DNA of 64,000 nt from the NCBI GenBank assembly GCA_001724265.1, contig MEDY01000004.1, positions 248,001-312,000 on the forward strand, in the 5' to 3' direction. The DNA is from Rhizaria sp. SCN 62-66 (taxonomy: Eukaryota). Under the pieces are notes generated by a model that did not search any database, had not been told where the DNA came from, and saw nothing but the letters and a program-made list of their open reading frames with translations. Shown here in pieces: positions 25,201 to 37,402 of this stretch (positions are counted from its first letter, which is position 1; each line of letters opens with the position of its first letter). A program made the translations under genes and the position numbers.

Positions 25201-28200
25201 GCCCCCGGCGCCGCAGCCGCGCCCGCGCTCGGGCCCGGGCAGCTCTCGGTCGCGCAGGCCGCAGCCGCACTCAGCGCCGCGCGCGTGGAGGTGGAGCGAC
25301 TGGCCCCGCTGCTGCCCGACGTGCGGCCGCTGGGCCCCGTGTGGCGGCAACTTGCCGTCGCGGGCGCCGGGGCGGCCGATTTCGTCCCCCCGCCAGAGTT
25401 CAACGGCGGCGCCGGAGGCGGCGCCGCGGGGAGCTCGCTGCTGCCGACCATCACGAACGCCACTGCTAGCGCCGTCTCGGCCGCGTCGGCCGCAGCGACC
25501 GCCGCCGCGCTGCCGTCCGCGGCCCCACTGCTGCACGGCGGCGCGCCCTATGGCCCCCTGCGCGGACACATCACGCGCATCGGGTCCTACGTGCCGCCGC
25601 GGCCGCTGGGCCCGCTGGACCCCGTCCCGGCCTTCCAGCCCGTGCGCTGCTGCCTGGTCGAGACCTGTGACCTCGAAGCCGTGGTCAACGACTTCTGCCC
25701 TGTACACGCGTTCGTGTCGACCCAGGCACGCACCGACGACGCCGCCGTGCGCCTGCGGGCAGCGCTCAAGGAGGAGGCGCGCGCCGCTGCGTACGCCACT
25801 GCAGACGCTGAGATGAGCGCTAACAACTCTAACACGGGCCTTGTGGTGAGCTACGGCAACAACAACGGGCAGTCACAGCCTCCGTCGGCGCCTGTGCTGG
25901 TGCGTTCGCTGTCTCCCCCGCCTCTGCCGCCGCTGTCCCCGTCGTCGTCGTTGCGGCAGATCTCGCACCACTGGACGCTGCGCGTGTCGGACAACCCCGT
26001 CTACGCGCAGAACGCGTACGCCTTCATCGTGCGCAACCGCGCTCACAGCATCGCCGTGGCCTTCGACAAGCTCACCGGCGCGCTCCGCGTCGTCGTCGAC
26101 GGCGTGCGCATTCTGTCCCGCCGCCTCGACCTCGACGTCGCCGCCCTGCTCGCGCGCGCCCACGGCGTCCCCGCCGCGGCGCCCGCCGCCGTCGCGCTCC
26201 ACGCGCCCGCGCACCTGGACGCGGGCCGCTCGCTGCCCTGGGGCGGCTCGCCGCTGCGCCTCACCGGCCCGCCCCAGACGCTGGCCGCACTGACCACGTT
26301 GCGGCTGCCCGTCGGCGTCGCGGTCACGGCCGCAGCCGACGCGGGCTCCGCTGCGGCCTCCTTCTCCGACGCGGCCGCAGTCTCGGGCGGTGCCTCGAAC
26401 GCCAATGGGGCGGACGCCGCGCCCTGGGCCGCCGTGCCGCGCCTTCTCCCGCGCGCGGGCCCGCGCGGCCCCTCGGCGGCCCCGCTGGACCCAGTGCTGC
26501 ACTTCAACCCGCACGCCGTGGACCGCGCGCGGAGGGCCTTCGCGGCGACCGCGTTGGCCGAGCGCGTGGCCGCCGCTGCCACCAGGGCCAACGACGCCGC
26601 GCTCGTCGCCGCAGCGCTCGCCGCGGCGGGCCACGCGCCCGACCAGACCGCCGCACTTGCGGCGGGCCACGCGCAGCTCGTGCAGCAGCAACAGCAACAG
26701 CAAACTGTTCCGCTGGCTGGCGACCTGTCTGCGAGCGCGTATCCGTCATATGCCGCCTCCGTGTCCCCGTCGCCGTCGCCTAACAACGCCGGCGGCCACA
26801 GCTACAACCCCGCCGCCGCCAACGCGAGCGCCAGCAGAGGCAGCAGCAGCGGCAACGGGCTGTCAGGAGCGATGACGTGGACCGGCGCCGCGGTCGGCGC
26901 CGGCGCACTGCCAGTGTCCGTGGTTCAGATGGCTGAGGCCGCGGCCGCAGTCAACGTGCTGACGTTTCCCTTCGCGTTCAGCCTCCGTGGCGAGCGCACG
27001 CTCGAGACGTCGCAGTGCTGGCTACTGCTTTTCATCGAGCCCGACTCCGTGCTGCCCTCCGTCGCCGCCGCTGCGCCCGCCTTCGCTGCCTCCGCCGCGG
27101 CCGCGAACGCGAACACGGCCGCCAGTACCAGCGCCGCGAGGCTCGGGATGGGCGACGAGCACATCAACGTCAGCGCTGACGCTGCTGCGGCCAACAAGCC
27201 GCCGGTGACTGCCGAGGCCGCTGCCGCCGCCGCCGCCGCCGCCGCCGTGGCCGCGACGGGTGCCGACGCGGTCAACGTGTCCACTGCGCTGCCGCTGCTG
27301 CTGGGCGCGGTGCAGCGCCAGCTCGCGCTGCCCGCCGCGGCCGCCGCGACCTGCGGCGCCGCCGCGGCGCTGCAGCTGACGGCCCCGGGTGCGGCCGCGC
27401 TGCCGGCCTGGGTTCACACCGCGCCCGCCGCCTTCGCTGGGCTCGGCTACGCGCTGCCTGCGGACGGACCCGGCGCCGCCCCACGCGCGCTGCCGTCGCT
27501 GCGTGTGCGCTTCGAGCTCTTTATCGACGACGCGCCCTTTGCTGCGGCCCGCGCGCGCGCGCTGCGCTGCGTGCGCCGCATCGTCTTTGCCGACGATAAG
27601 CTCGTGCACCCCGGCGTCACCACGGCCGCCAACATCGCCGCCGCTGCTGCTGCCGCGGCCGCCGCGAGCAATGCCGCCAGCGCCGCTGCCGTGGCTGCGG
27701 GCCAGTACCCCGGCGCTCCGCTGGCGCCACGCGCGCTGCCCGTCTCGTAGCGCACGGCCGCGGTCCCCGGCGGCGACGGCGGCGACGGCGGCGACTGCAT
27801 CGAGCCCGCGCTGCTGCAGTACCACAGCCACGGCCACGAGGGACAGCTGGACGACGACCCGCTTGCGCTGCCCGCCGCGGCCACCGCGCCCGCCGGCGCC
27901 TCCCTGGCCGGGCGCTCGCGCTCCGTCGTCACCGTGCCCCCGGCCGCCGCACACGCGCATGCACAGGCGCTGGCGCAAGCGCAGGCGCAGGGCCGGATCA
28001 TGGCCGACGTGGCAGCCGCGGCAGGCCCGCTGCCGCCCGGCACGGCCACTCCGGGGACCGTGTTGGCTGCCGTTTCCTCCGCTGCGTCCCACATCGCAGC
28101 CGGTGGCTCCAGTGGCTGGTCCGGCCCTGGCGGGCTCAACGTCTCGCTGACGGCGGCCCCCATGCACAGCGGCTACGGTGCGCAGCAGCAGCACGCGCAC

Positions 28201-31200
28201 CAGCACCTCTACCAGACGCGGTCGCGCGTAGGCACGCCGACGGCGCAGCTCTCGGCGCTGCGGCTGGGCACCCCCACGCCGCCGCCGGGCTCGGGCGCGC
28301 TCGTCGCCATCGCCACCGGCGCCGCCGCCGGGGCCGCGGGCGCGGGCTCGGGTGCGGGCACGCCCGGACTGGGGCCGGACCGCGGACAGGCCACGCTGCG
28401 CCGCCTGCGCACGCGCAGCTCGCTATCCACCGCGCTCAGCGCCGCGTTGCCCGGCGGCCTCAACGCCACCGCGGCCGCGGCTGCGACCGGCGTCCCGGGC
28501 GTTGCCAGCAACAGCGCGGTGCCGCCGCTCGCGCCGTCGGGGCCGGCGTCCGCGATCTCCGCCGCGGCGGCCGCTGCCGCTCCGAGCATGGCCCTGGCGC
28601 CGTCGAGCCTAGGCCACCGGTCGCTGTCGGCGTCGTGCATGCCGCCGCCCCCCGCGGGCGCGCTTGTGCTAGCCAACTCGTACGCCAGCGGCAACAACGC
28701 CAACGCGTTCGCGGGCTGCCCCGTGTCGCCCGTGCCCGGCTTCGGCATCAACTTCCCCTACAACGCCAGCGCGAGCGTATGCCCGCTGCCGCTCGCGGCG
28801 CCGTGGCCTCTCATCGCCGCCCCCGGCGCGCAACAGCCGCCGCCGTGGCTGTTCGCGCTGGTCCGCTCGCACCTGCTGGCCGCGGCGCGCGTGCTGCCCG
28901 CGCTGCCGCGCCTCCCGCAGCGCCGCGGCTACTCGCCCTTCCTGCCCGCGACGCGCGCCGCGCTTCTGGGCCCGCACCTGCGCCCCGCGCGCGCCTGGGC
29001 CGCCGCCCGGTGGAGCCGCACGTCTCTGGTCGCGCTGCGCGCGTCGTCGGGCCCCGCGGGCGGGCTGCTGCTGCCGCTACCGTCAGTGCCCGTCGAGGTC
29101 TTCGCGGGCGCGGCCAGCGAGCGCCACGTGCTGCACCCGCTCTTCACGCCCACGGCCACCACGGCGCCGCTCGCGCGCGTGGGCCACGGCGCGCTCGCCG
29201 ACGCCGCCGCGGCGACCGCGGTCGCGGCCGCCATCCTCGCGGCAGCGCCCGGCGCGGCCGCGGCGGCTGTGCCCGGCTTTAACACCGGCCCGAACGGCAA
29301 CAGTGGCGGCTACACTGCGGGCGGCTTCGCGAGCAGCAGCAGCAGCAGCAGCAGCAGCACCTATGGCTCTGGTTACGCGTATGGCGGCGCCAATGGCTAC
29401 ACCAGCTACGGCCCGTCCAATTCGCCCCCGCCTCCGTCCTATGGCGCTAACTTGGCCGCGGCCACGCCGCTGGTGCCGCTCTACAGCTTCGCGGCCGCCG
29501 AGGTCGCCGCCGCCAGCGCCGCGGCCGACACCACCATGGACGACCCGTTCCCGCCGCTCTCGCCGCAGTCGAGCACCTTCACCGCGCCCGGCTGCGCCCC
29601 GGTCACCACCGCTGGATTCGCTAAGAGCTCGGCCTCTGCGTCGGCCGCCGCGTCGGCGGCTGCGGCGGCCGCGGCCTCTGCCGCCGGGCTCGGCGCCGCG
29701 TCCGTGGCGATGCTCACGGCGGGGCGCGCGCGCAACATGTGCTTGGGCTCGTTCCCCGCTCACCACGTCTTCGCCAGCGCCGCCGCCGTCGTGCCCGTGG
29801 CGTCGACCGCGGCCGCCGCGGTCGCCGCGCTGCCCGTGCCCGCGAACGCGCTCATCGTCTTCGCGCCCTCGGCCACGTCGTCCCCGTTCCACAACGACCA
29901 TGGCGCCGGAGGCTCCGCGGCCGGCAGCAGCGCGCCAGCGTCGCCCCCGCCCGCGGGCCCCGGCGCCGCGCGCGTGTTGTCGCTGACAGCGGCCGCGGGC
30001 GCGGTGTGGTGCGTGACGTGGCGCCTCACCGTGGGCCACCGCGCGCACTCGGTGACGCTGCTGCACGACGAGGCGCAGGCCATCGCACAACTCGTCGTCG
30101 ACTCGGTGCTCGGCCCGCTCGTCCAGCTCACCTCGGCCGCCGTCGACGTGCCCGGTGCGCTTCTCGCCGCGCTGGCGGCGCCCAACGCGGCCGCCGCAGC
30201 CGCAGCCGCAGCCGCGACGGCCGCGTCGGACTCGGCCGCGCACGCCGCGCCCGTGTCACTGACGGTCACGCTGGAGGAAGACACGCGCATCCAGGTGACC
30301 ATCGCGCCCAAGCGCCGCCGCACGCTGGCCCGCATCTCGGTCGACACCGCGGTCGCCTCCGCGGCCACGGCGGCGGCCAGAGCGGCGGCCGCGACCATCG
30401 CGTTTCCTCCATCCAACTACGCCAACGGCGGCGGCAACCGCGGTTCGGTGAGCGGCGTCGGTGTGTACAGCCTCACCCACGGCGCGAGCGCGTACGACCG
30501 CCCCGAGTCGTGCCCGCCGCACCAGCAGACCGCGCCGCCCGCGCTCTCGCTCGCGCACCACAACAGCTTCGGCCCCGGCTTTTCCTCCTCTGGCGCCGGC
30601 GCCGGACCCAGTGCTAGCGCGAGCGCGAGTGCAGCGCCCGGCACTGCGCCCGCGCTGGCGAGCTGCGCGAGCGACTGGTCTGGCGCCAGCGCCGCCGTCG
30701 CCGGTGCCGCCATTTCGCCCGCCACGTCGCCCGCCGCCGCCGCGATGGCCGCCACAGCCGCCGCGGCGGCGGGCGCGAGCGACTGCCCCGCGCGCGTCGG
30801 CGCTGCGCTGCTGCTAAGCTCGCTACTGCCCGCGCCGCCCGTCTCGCCCCCGCAGCACCTCGCGCTGCACCACCTGGGCGCTCCCGGCGCCGGCGCGGGC
30901 ACCGGTGCGGGGGGCTTCGGCGGCTCCGTCGCGGGCTCCGTCGCGCCGTCGCACGTGTCGCTGGGGGGCACGCCGCCGCGGCCACAGTCGCGCCAGCTGC
31001 TGCGCGCGTCGCCGCCCGGCCCGCAGTCCTCCTCAGGCTTCGTCCCCTCTGCCGCGTCCAGCGCCTCAGACTCGCAGCAGCTCTACGTCTCCCAACTGCA
31101 GCAGCAACAGCACCAGTCGCAGCAGCCGAGCGGGGTTCAGGCGCAGCAGCCGCTGGTGGCGCGCCACTCGCGGCTGCGGCTGGCAGCGCTTAATGTCGCC

Positions 31201-31223
31201 GACACCGACGCCTACCCGGACGA

Positions 31224-31274
<51 letters not shown>

Positions 31275-33273
31275 GGTCAGTCCCACTGGCGAGCACCAGC
31301 TCTCCGCGGGCCCCGCCCTGCCGCCCGGCGCATCGGGCAACACGCCGCTGATGGCGACCATGTCGCTCGCCGCGCGCGGGCTGCCGCCGGTGCAGTCGCC
31401 GCCGCTGCCGCCCGCGCAGCAGGTCGGTGGCGCAGTCAGCCGCCGCTTCCTCACTACCGCTGCCACGGCCGGCGGCTCCGCGGGCGGCCCGCAGGCGGCG
31501 GCGTACGTGCCGCGCTCGCTCTCCCGTGGCGGCTCCGTGCCCGCGCCCTCGCTCGTGTCCCCGCAGGCGGCGGCGCTCTCCACCGCCTCGGCCCTGGCCA
31601 CCGCAGCGGCCGCCGCGCCCCCGGGCTCGCTGCAGGCCATCGCCGCCGCCGCAGCCACCGCGGCCGCCGCCGCCGTCGCTGCAGCGTCGTCCTCGTCCTC
31701 CGCGTCCTCGGGCGCGGCGCGACGCGGCCGGCGGTCGACGCTCGCGGCCTGGCTGGCGGGCCCCTCGACGCTCTCTGCGGCGCTGCTGACGGCGATGTCC
31801 TCGTTGGCCGCCGACCCCACGGTCGCGGCGGCTCTGGCCGCGCGCTCGGGCCCGGCCCCCGGCGCGGGCGCGCGGCGCATGCAGTCGCTGGCCGTGCTGC
31901 CGGGGCTCAAAGCGCAGTCGCGGCCCGTGACGCCGGTGCTGGGCTCGCAGCCGACGACGTCGCTGCGGTACCCGTACCCGTGGCCGCTTAAGGGCGAGAG
32001 CCTCACCGTCGAGTTTGTCGACTGGCTCACCGCCTCACATGGGCTCATCGACCCCGAGTACTGCGTCGCCTACAACAACTACCACACCGGCGACGGCCCG
32101 GCCCCGCGCGACCCCGCCGCGGCGGCCGCGGCCCACAACGCGACCGTGGCACAGATCCTCTCAGGGCGCCGCGACGCGCCGACGCTGGCGGCGCCGCTGC
32201 AGGGCGAGTCTGTCCGCAGCTTCCTGCGCGCGCGCAACGGGCCCGTGCGGTACCGCTCGCTCATGGCACAGCTGGGACTGTTGCTGCCCGACGTTCGCGC
32301 GCAGGTCGCCGTCCCCACGGCCGGACCCTTCCTGCTCCTAGCGCAGCAGCAGCAACAGCAGCTGCAGCAGCAGCAGCAACAGGCAGCGGTGCTGCAGGCC
32401 GCGCACAACGCAGCCGGACAGATGCTGCAGCTGCACCCGCACTATTACCAGCAGCGCCACTCGGGCTCCGCCTCGAGCTACGGCAGCGGCGGCGGCGCGC
32501 CGGGTCCGCTCGCGCTGATGCCGCCGCAGCCGGCGCACTCGGCGTCCACTGCGACGGGTCCGACCGCGGCGTCAGGCGCGCTCGTGGCGGCCCACGCGCA
32601 CCGCGTGACCACGCCGCGCCTCGCGCCGCGCACGCCCGGGTCATCGGTGTCGCGCAAGCGCAGCAGCTCGTCCGTGACGGCGCCGCACTTTAACTTCGAC
32701 GCAGTACTGCACTACAACAACCTTATTAACGGTATCAGCGACGGCCCCGCGGCGCCCAGCGCCGGCGCCGGTGTGGGGTTCCTGGCAAACTACGGAAGCA
32801 GCAGCTCCAGCGCGAGCAACGCCGGTGTGAGCGCCGAGGAAGACGCGGCGCGCGCGAGTCTGGTCTCCATCGCCAGCTCGGGCTCGTCGCACATGCCCAC
32901 CACCTCCGACGGCTCCGGCTCCGGTTCCGGCTCTGGTGCGGTCAACCACAGCAACAGCGGCAGCCACGGCAACTCCGCCTCCGCCACGGCCGCTGCGGCG
33001 CTGCACGACCTCTACGGCGGGCCCGTGCCCGGCTCGCCCGTGGTGCGCCACCGCGCCGACTCGGCCGCGGGCGCGCCGTCGGGCGCGGCGCTGCTGGGAC
33101 CTGCGCGCGAGCCTCCCGCGGCGGGCACAGTGCAGTGCATTAGCAAGAAGCAGGCCCAGGCCGTCGAGCGAGGCGTACGCGCAGCGTGTCCGTTTGAGTA
33201 CGACTTGCTGATCGACGGTGTGAGCTTCGCGGCGATGGTGCACCTTATCACTGGCGATGACGTCGACTATTAA
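22291..33273 (+). CDS. Giant low-complexity protein (about 3660 aa if TAG 23938-23940 and TAG 27748-27750 are read as sense) with two FAIM-like beta-sandwich modules
   Basis: ORFs 22291-23940, 24055-27750 and 27934-33273 share one frame and are interrupted only by single TAG codons. GC content and Ala-codon periodicity continue through both, and AT-richer sequence starts only after TAA 33271-33273. Repeated module: W-x-L-x-V...RAHS[IV]...VVD...[FY][ED]L[FL]ID[DG]xxFAA. Confidence 0.7.
31225..31272 (+). repeat. Perfect (GCC)n coding microsatellite encoding poly-Ala
   Basis: About 16 consecutive GCC units visible in the sequence. Confidence 0.9.
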
Positions 33274-35452
33274 GGTCGAAAACCGCATCCGTGTTGCCTT
33301 GCTCGAACGCAGATGTGGCCGATGTACGCGCACAATGTGTTTGGACAACGTCGGTCCCCTGATTTGTCTTTTGAAAAGTACAACGTGTCTTTATGTTTGT
33401 CTTATCAACTAAGCTTTGCTTTGCACACGTGTCTCCCAACTAACCAAAGATGCACTGCAGTCTTCGCATCACTCCTCATCTTACGCACGCCACACAGCTT
33501 GCGCTCACGAGTCTGACACACATCGTGCACAATCAGCAGGTGCACTCGCGCACTGACGCACACAACAATAACAAGCTGGCGTGAGTGTCGCGGGCCCGCC
33601 TGTCTGCGGTTCGGCGGTGACAAAAAGTGATTGAACAACACGCCGCGCATGTCGGTGTTTGGTGTTCGTTATTAGTTGTCATATAGTTGGACAGCTATAT
33701 GTTCCTTCTCTTCTCATTTATCTTTTGTTTGTCCGTTTGTACTAATAGTTTTTTTTCTGAGTTTGGAATTAGTCATTAGTAATTTCGTGTTATCTATATC
33801 AATCCTCTTTTTTATGTTGCCTCCTCTAATCTTGTGTATTTCCGTCTCCTATTTTACCGTGTTCCTTTTTTGTTGTGTTCTTTTTCTTTTCATTATCCTA
33901 TTGCATCGTTCTTGTTCGACTTTGTCGGTTCACCGCGCTTACACCGTTTCGTCCGTCGCTCCCTTGACACCACACACCATTATGTCTCGCGTGCCTGTCT
34001 TGCGCTGTCTCTTTACCTTTTCTCCTTCACTACATTCATCCTGCACCCTGTTTTATCCTGATTGTCAAACCACGTTCTATCACCTGACCTTGCTCGGTGC
34101 TGCGCAGGGCCTTCGTGCCGCCTGTCACGAGTGCGTGCTCACGCATCGAGCTGTAACAGCGATGGTGCAAGCGCGGGGACATAATGCCGGCCCACTGCTC
34201 TCTACAGCGGAAGTGCCTCTTTGTCCCCAGCACGCAGCACGCGCTGCGCTGGTCGTGTGGATCTTGCGGTTCTTGATCAGGGTGGACACAGAAGGACTCC
34301 TCTCTCCTGGCACGATTGGCCTCAGTGTCGTTGTTCTTGTCTTATCGCTGTCTGTTTCCTTTTATGTGTGTGCTTTTCGCTGTGTTTTTAACGCGTTACA
34401 TGTACCGGTATACTTCGAGCGCTACTTAACAAGATCCCGTGTTTTAGCCTAATCATATCATGTCATGTTTCTCGCTCCGACTAACTCTCATCTGTCTTGC
34501 TTGTGAGACGAGCTTGGCACTGAGGGTGGTGTGGAGTAATAACAGATGGTTTACTGGTCGAATGTTAGCGGTGTCTCACTTTCGTTAACACTGACGTCTT
34601 TTGTACCCAGCCAACAATATCATAGTCACATTCAAACTCTCGCTCACGCACACAGATGTGATCACATTCGAAGTCCAACTAATTCTTTCCTCCATCGAAA
34701 CTTACTGTCACGAATCCTCATAGCACTACTAAGCGTTCCCTCGACTCCTGAAGTCGCGCTTGCTGACTCGGCGTACGGTGCTTCATTTGCTGCGTTGAGC
34801 AGTTCCAACATTGCTTACTTTTGCGTTCGCAATCATGTTGACCGTGAAACGACGCAGCTGATCGTATGTCAGCAGCCATTCAACCACTTGTTCGACCACC
34901 AAAGTCACATCCTTCGCGACTGTATCAACAACCTTCACACTCACCAGAGAAAAACAACTCACATATCGTAAAGATTTGCTCAATTCCGACAAATTAAATA
35001 TTAAGAAGACGAATATTAATACACTTCACGTTTACAACCATTGGACGTTCGACGACGCTAAAATCGAGGGATGGTTGTTTCGTTATTGAAAGAAGGGAAA
35101 CGCCACTCAGAACAAAACTTGGTGTATGACTCTATATATTATATTGCACGCAAACAACATGTCAGCAAGACAGTAAGATATAACGATCAGAACAGGATGG
35201 CAGTCGAGTGTGATACAACAAGCGCAAGTGTCGGTATGGACTCACAAAGAAACGTCGGAGTTAAGGACAACAAAATAACATTAGATCTGCAAAAAATAGT
35301 CAAACAATAACAAAAGCACTAATGAACAAAACAAAGAATAACAGAACAGCAGAACATCATAGTGGCAGTCAAACAAGCGCCGTGACACAAATGTGTGGGG
35401 TACTAGAGTGCAGTCACCCCATGTGATCGCAGCTCCACGCCTCATCAAATGC

Positions 35453-36835
35453 TTAGTTGCGCGGCTTGAGCCCGAGCTTACGGCGGTAGCTGGCCGGCTC
35501 GCTAAGCGCGTGGTAGAAAAGCTCGCCCACGGCGTCCATGTTAGCCTTCTCGCCGCCAAAGCGCTTGTTGGAGGGCGCGTCGCGGTGCACGGTGATGTTG
35601 ACGGCGTCGAACTCGGGGGACATGACCGTGGAGAAGGTCGTCCAGTCGTTGCGGGTCGGCTGCTGGTTCAGCGCGTACAGAACGGAGGATACGTCAATGC
35701 TGGCCTGGCCGATGGCGGACATGTTGTCGTTGATCGCGGCGCGGCGCTTGTCGCGCGGCGCGTCCCAGTGGTCCTCGTTGGTCTCGGCGCGGAACCATGA
35801 GCTGTTGCCGCGGCTCGCAAAGCGGTCGTCGCGCACGGGGGCCGTGGGCTCGATGCTCCACACAGCGTTCTCCTTACCATGCGAGAGGTCCAGCCCGAAG
35901 CGGTTGCGCGTCAGCACGGCGCCCTCGCCGTCGCGCGCGCCGGCCACGATGAGGTACACGGGAGCGGGCAGCACCTGCGTCGAGAGCTTCTCCACGGCCT
36001 GCGCGTAGGTCGGGATGTTGAGAAGCGAGTCGCGGAGGAAGACGCCCGTGGACTCGGCGCCCGAGAGGAAGGCGATAAGGTTGGTGATGATGTGGAACTC
36101 CTCGTGCGTCCACCAGTGACGGTTGCGCTGGTTGACCGACACGGACCAGCCGCCGCGGCGCTGGCCCGTGAGTACGCCGACGTAGCCGGCGTAGAAGACG
36201 CCCGTCGCGATGGTCTCGTCGCCGCGCACCATGTGCACGACCGAGGTGACGTTGGCGAGGCCCGGGATGGGGAAGTCGAGGTTGCGGCCGTGGATGGGCA
36301 CGGGGCGCGTTGCGTTCGCGCACTCGCGCGGCGCGTTAGGTTGGGACGACAGCGGCCGGCGGCAGTAGCGCGGGGACGTGGAGGCCGCGACGACTGAGGT
36401 GCAGCCCGCGGTGACGTCGTAGAACATGTTGAGCAGCACGAGACGGCCCAGGGTCATGCGCTTGGAGTACTTTTCAAAGACGGAGTAGATGCCCTGAATC
36501 TCGGCAAAGACCTCCGAGTGCAGGAAGCGCTCGCCCATGGCCACGAGCGTGGTCTCGAGGGTGTCGATAATCTCCTTGCCATGAGGCAGATCGTACTCAA
36601 TGAAGTCAAGCACCTTGCCGTAGGAGTTGTCGAAGCCGTTGTAGTCAAGCACGGCAGTAATTAGCTCGGTCCAGCGATCGCGCGCGGGCAGATTGAAGTC
36701 AATCGAAGTGTAGAACGGCTCGGTAGGGCTGCTCGGGGGGATGACAATGGCGTTGGCAGGAGAAAGAACGCAAAGGAGGCTCGAAAGTGCCAGCAGTGCC
36801 GTAGCAGCGCTGAATAGTTGCGAGAGCAAACGCAT
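35453..36835 (-). CDS. Acid ceramidase / N-acylethanolamine acid amidase (Ntn-hydrolase, choloylglycine hydrolase family), with signal peptide, 460 aa
   Basis: Signal peptide MRLLSQLFSAATALLALSSLLCVLSPANA. Motifs IDFNLPARDRW, autocleavage/nucleophile AG|CTSVVA, HGRNLDF, GYVGVLTG, SVSVNQR, EGAVLTR and ETNEDHW. ASAH1 versus NAAA is not resolved. Stop is TAA. Confidence 0.93.
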   Translation of the reverse strand: MRLLSQLFSAATALLALSSLLCVLSPANAIVIPPSSPTEPFYTSIDFNLPARDRWTELITAVLDYNGFDNSYGKVLDFIEYDLPHGKEIIDTLETTLVAMGERFLHSEVFAEIQGIYSVFEKYSKRMTLGRLVLLNMFYDVTAGCTSVVAASTSPRYCRRPLSSQPNAPRECANATRPVPIHGRNLDFPIPGLANVTSVVHMVRGDETIATGVFYAGYVGVLTGQRRGGWSVSVNQRNRHWWTHEEFHIITNLIAFLSGAESTGVFLRDSLLNIPTYAQAVEKLSTQVLPAPVYLIVAGARDGEGAVLTRNRFGLDLSHGKENAVWSIEPTAPVRDDRFASRGNSSWFRAETNEDHWDAPRDKRRAAINDNMSAIGQASIDVSSVLYALNQQPTRNDWTTFSTVMSPEFDAVNITVHRDAPSNKRFGGEKANMDAVGELFYHALSEPASYRRKLGLKPRN

Positions 36836-37402
36836 GGTGAAATGCGCCGCTGTAGTAGGAAACAAATCGATAGTCGTAATGGCGGTTGAAACAACAAAGT
36901 TGATTTACATGTGAGAGTGATTTGTTGCAAGTGAGGTGGCGACGAAGGGGGACCGAAGACGTGTGGGAAAGATTTCCTCCAAACTGGATGTCAAAACAAC
37001 GAATCCCCAAGGTATAAAAAGATGGCAATACGAAAGAAACGGCAAACTACTCGTGAAGCTATCATCAATCCATTAACACGATGAACTCATCGAAAATATT
37101 GACAGATAAGTTAGCTCGTCGTTCTGTCTCCGTCATCTCTCCCGAAGAAGGAGAAGACGAGAGTAGTGTATTAACAAAACCGGTGACTGTCCTCAGTTCT
37201 CACAAAGTGTGTAAATTTCAGTGTGGGATTATCGCCAAACTGACTGTTGTGTACATATTTGTAATCTATGTGTGCTTTTAACTCCATATTGCAACATTAA
37301 TTTTCAAAATAGTTTGCATATCTATCGCAAAGTCCGATCGCTCACCGCCCATCTTTCTATCCGTTGGCTGGCATCACCCCAATCATGTTAACAGCTCCTT
37401 CC

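Noticed and set aside
34090-34240. Fragments resembling cobalamin or TPP riboswitch, or SRP RNA motifs (GCTGTAA, TAATGCC, CCACTG..GGAAG)
   Set aside because: The other required conserved elements and their spacing are absent, so these look like chance matches.
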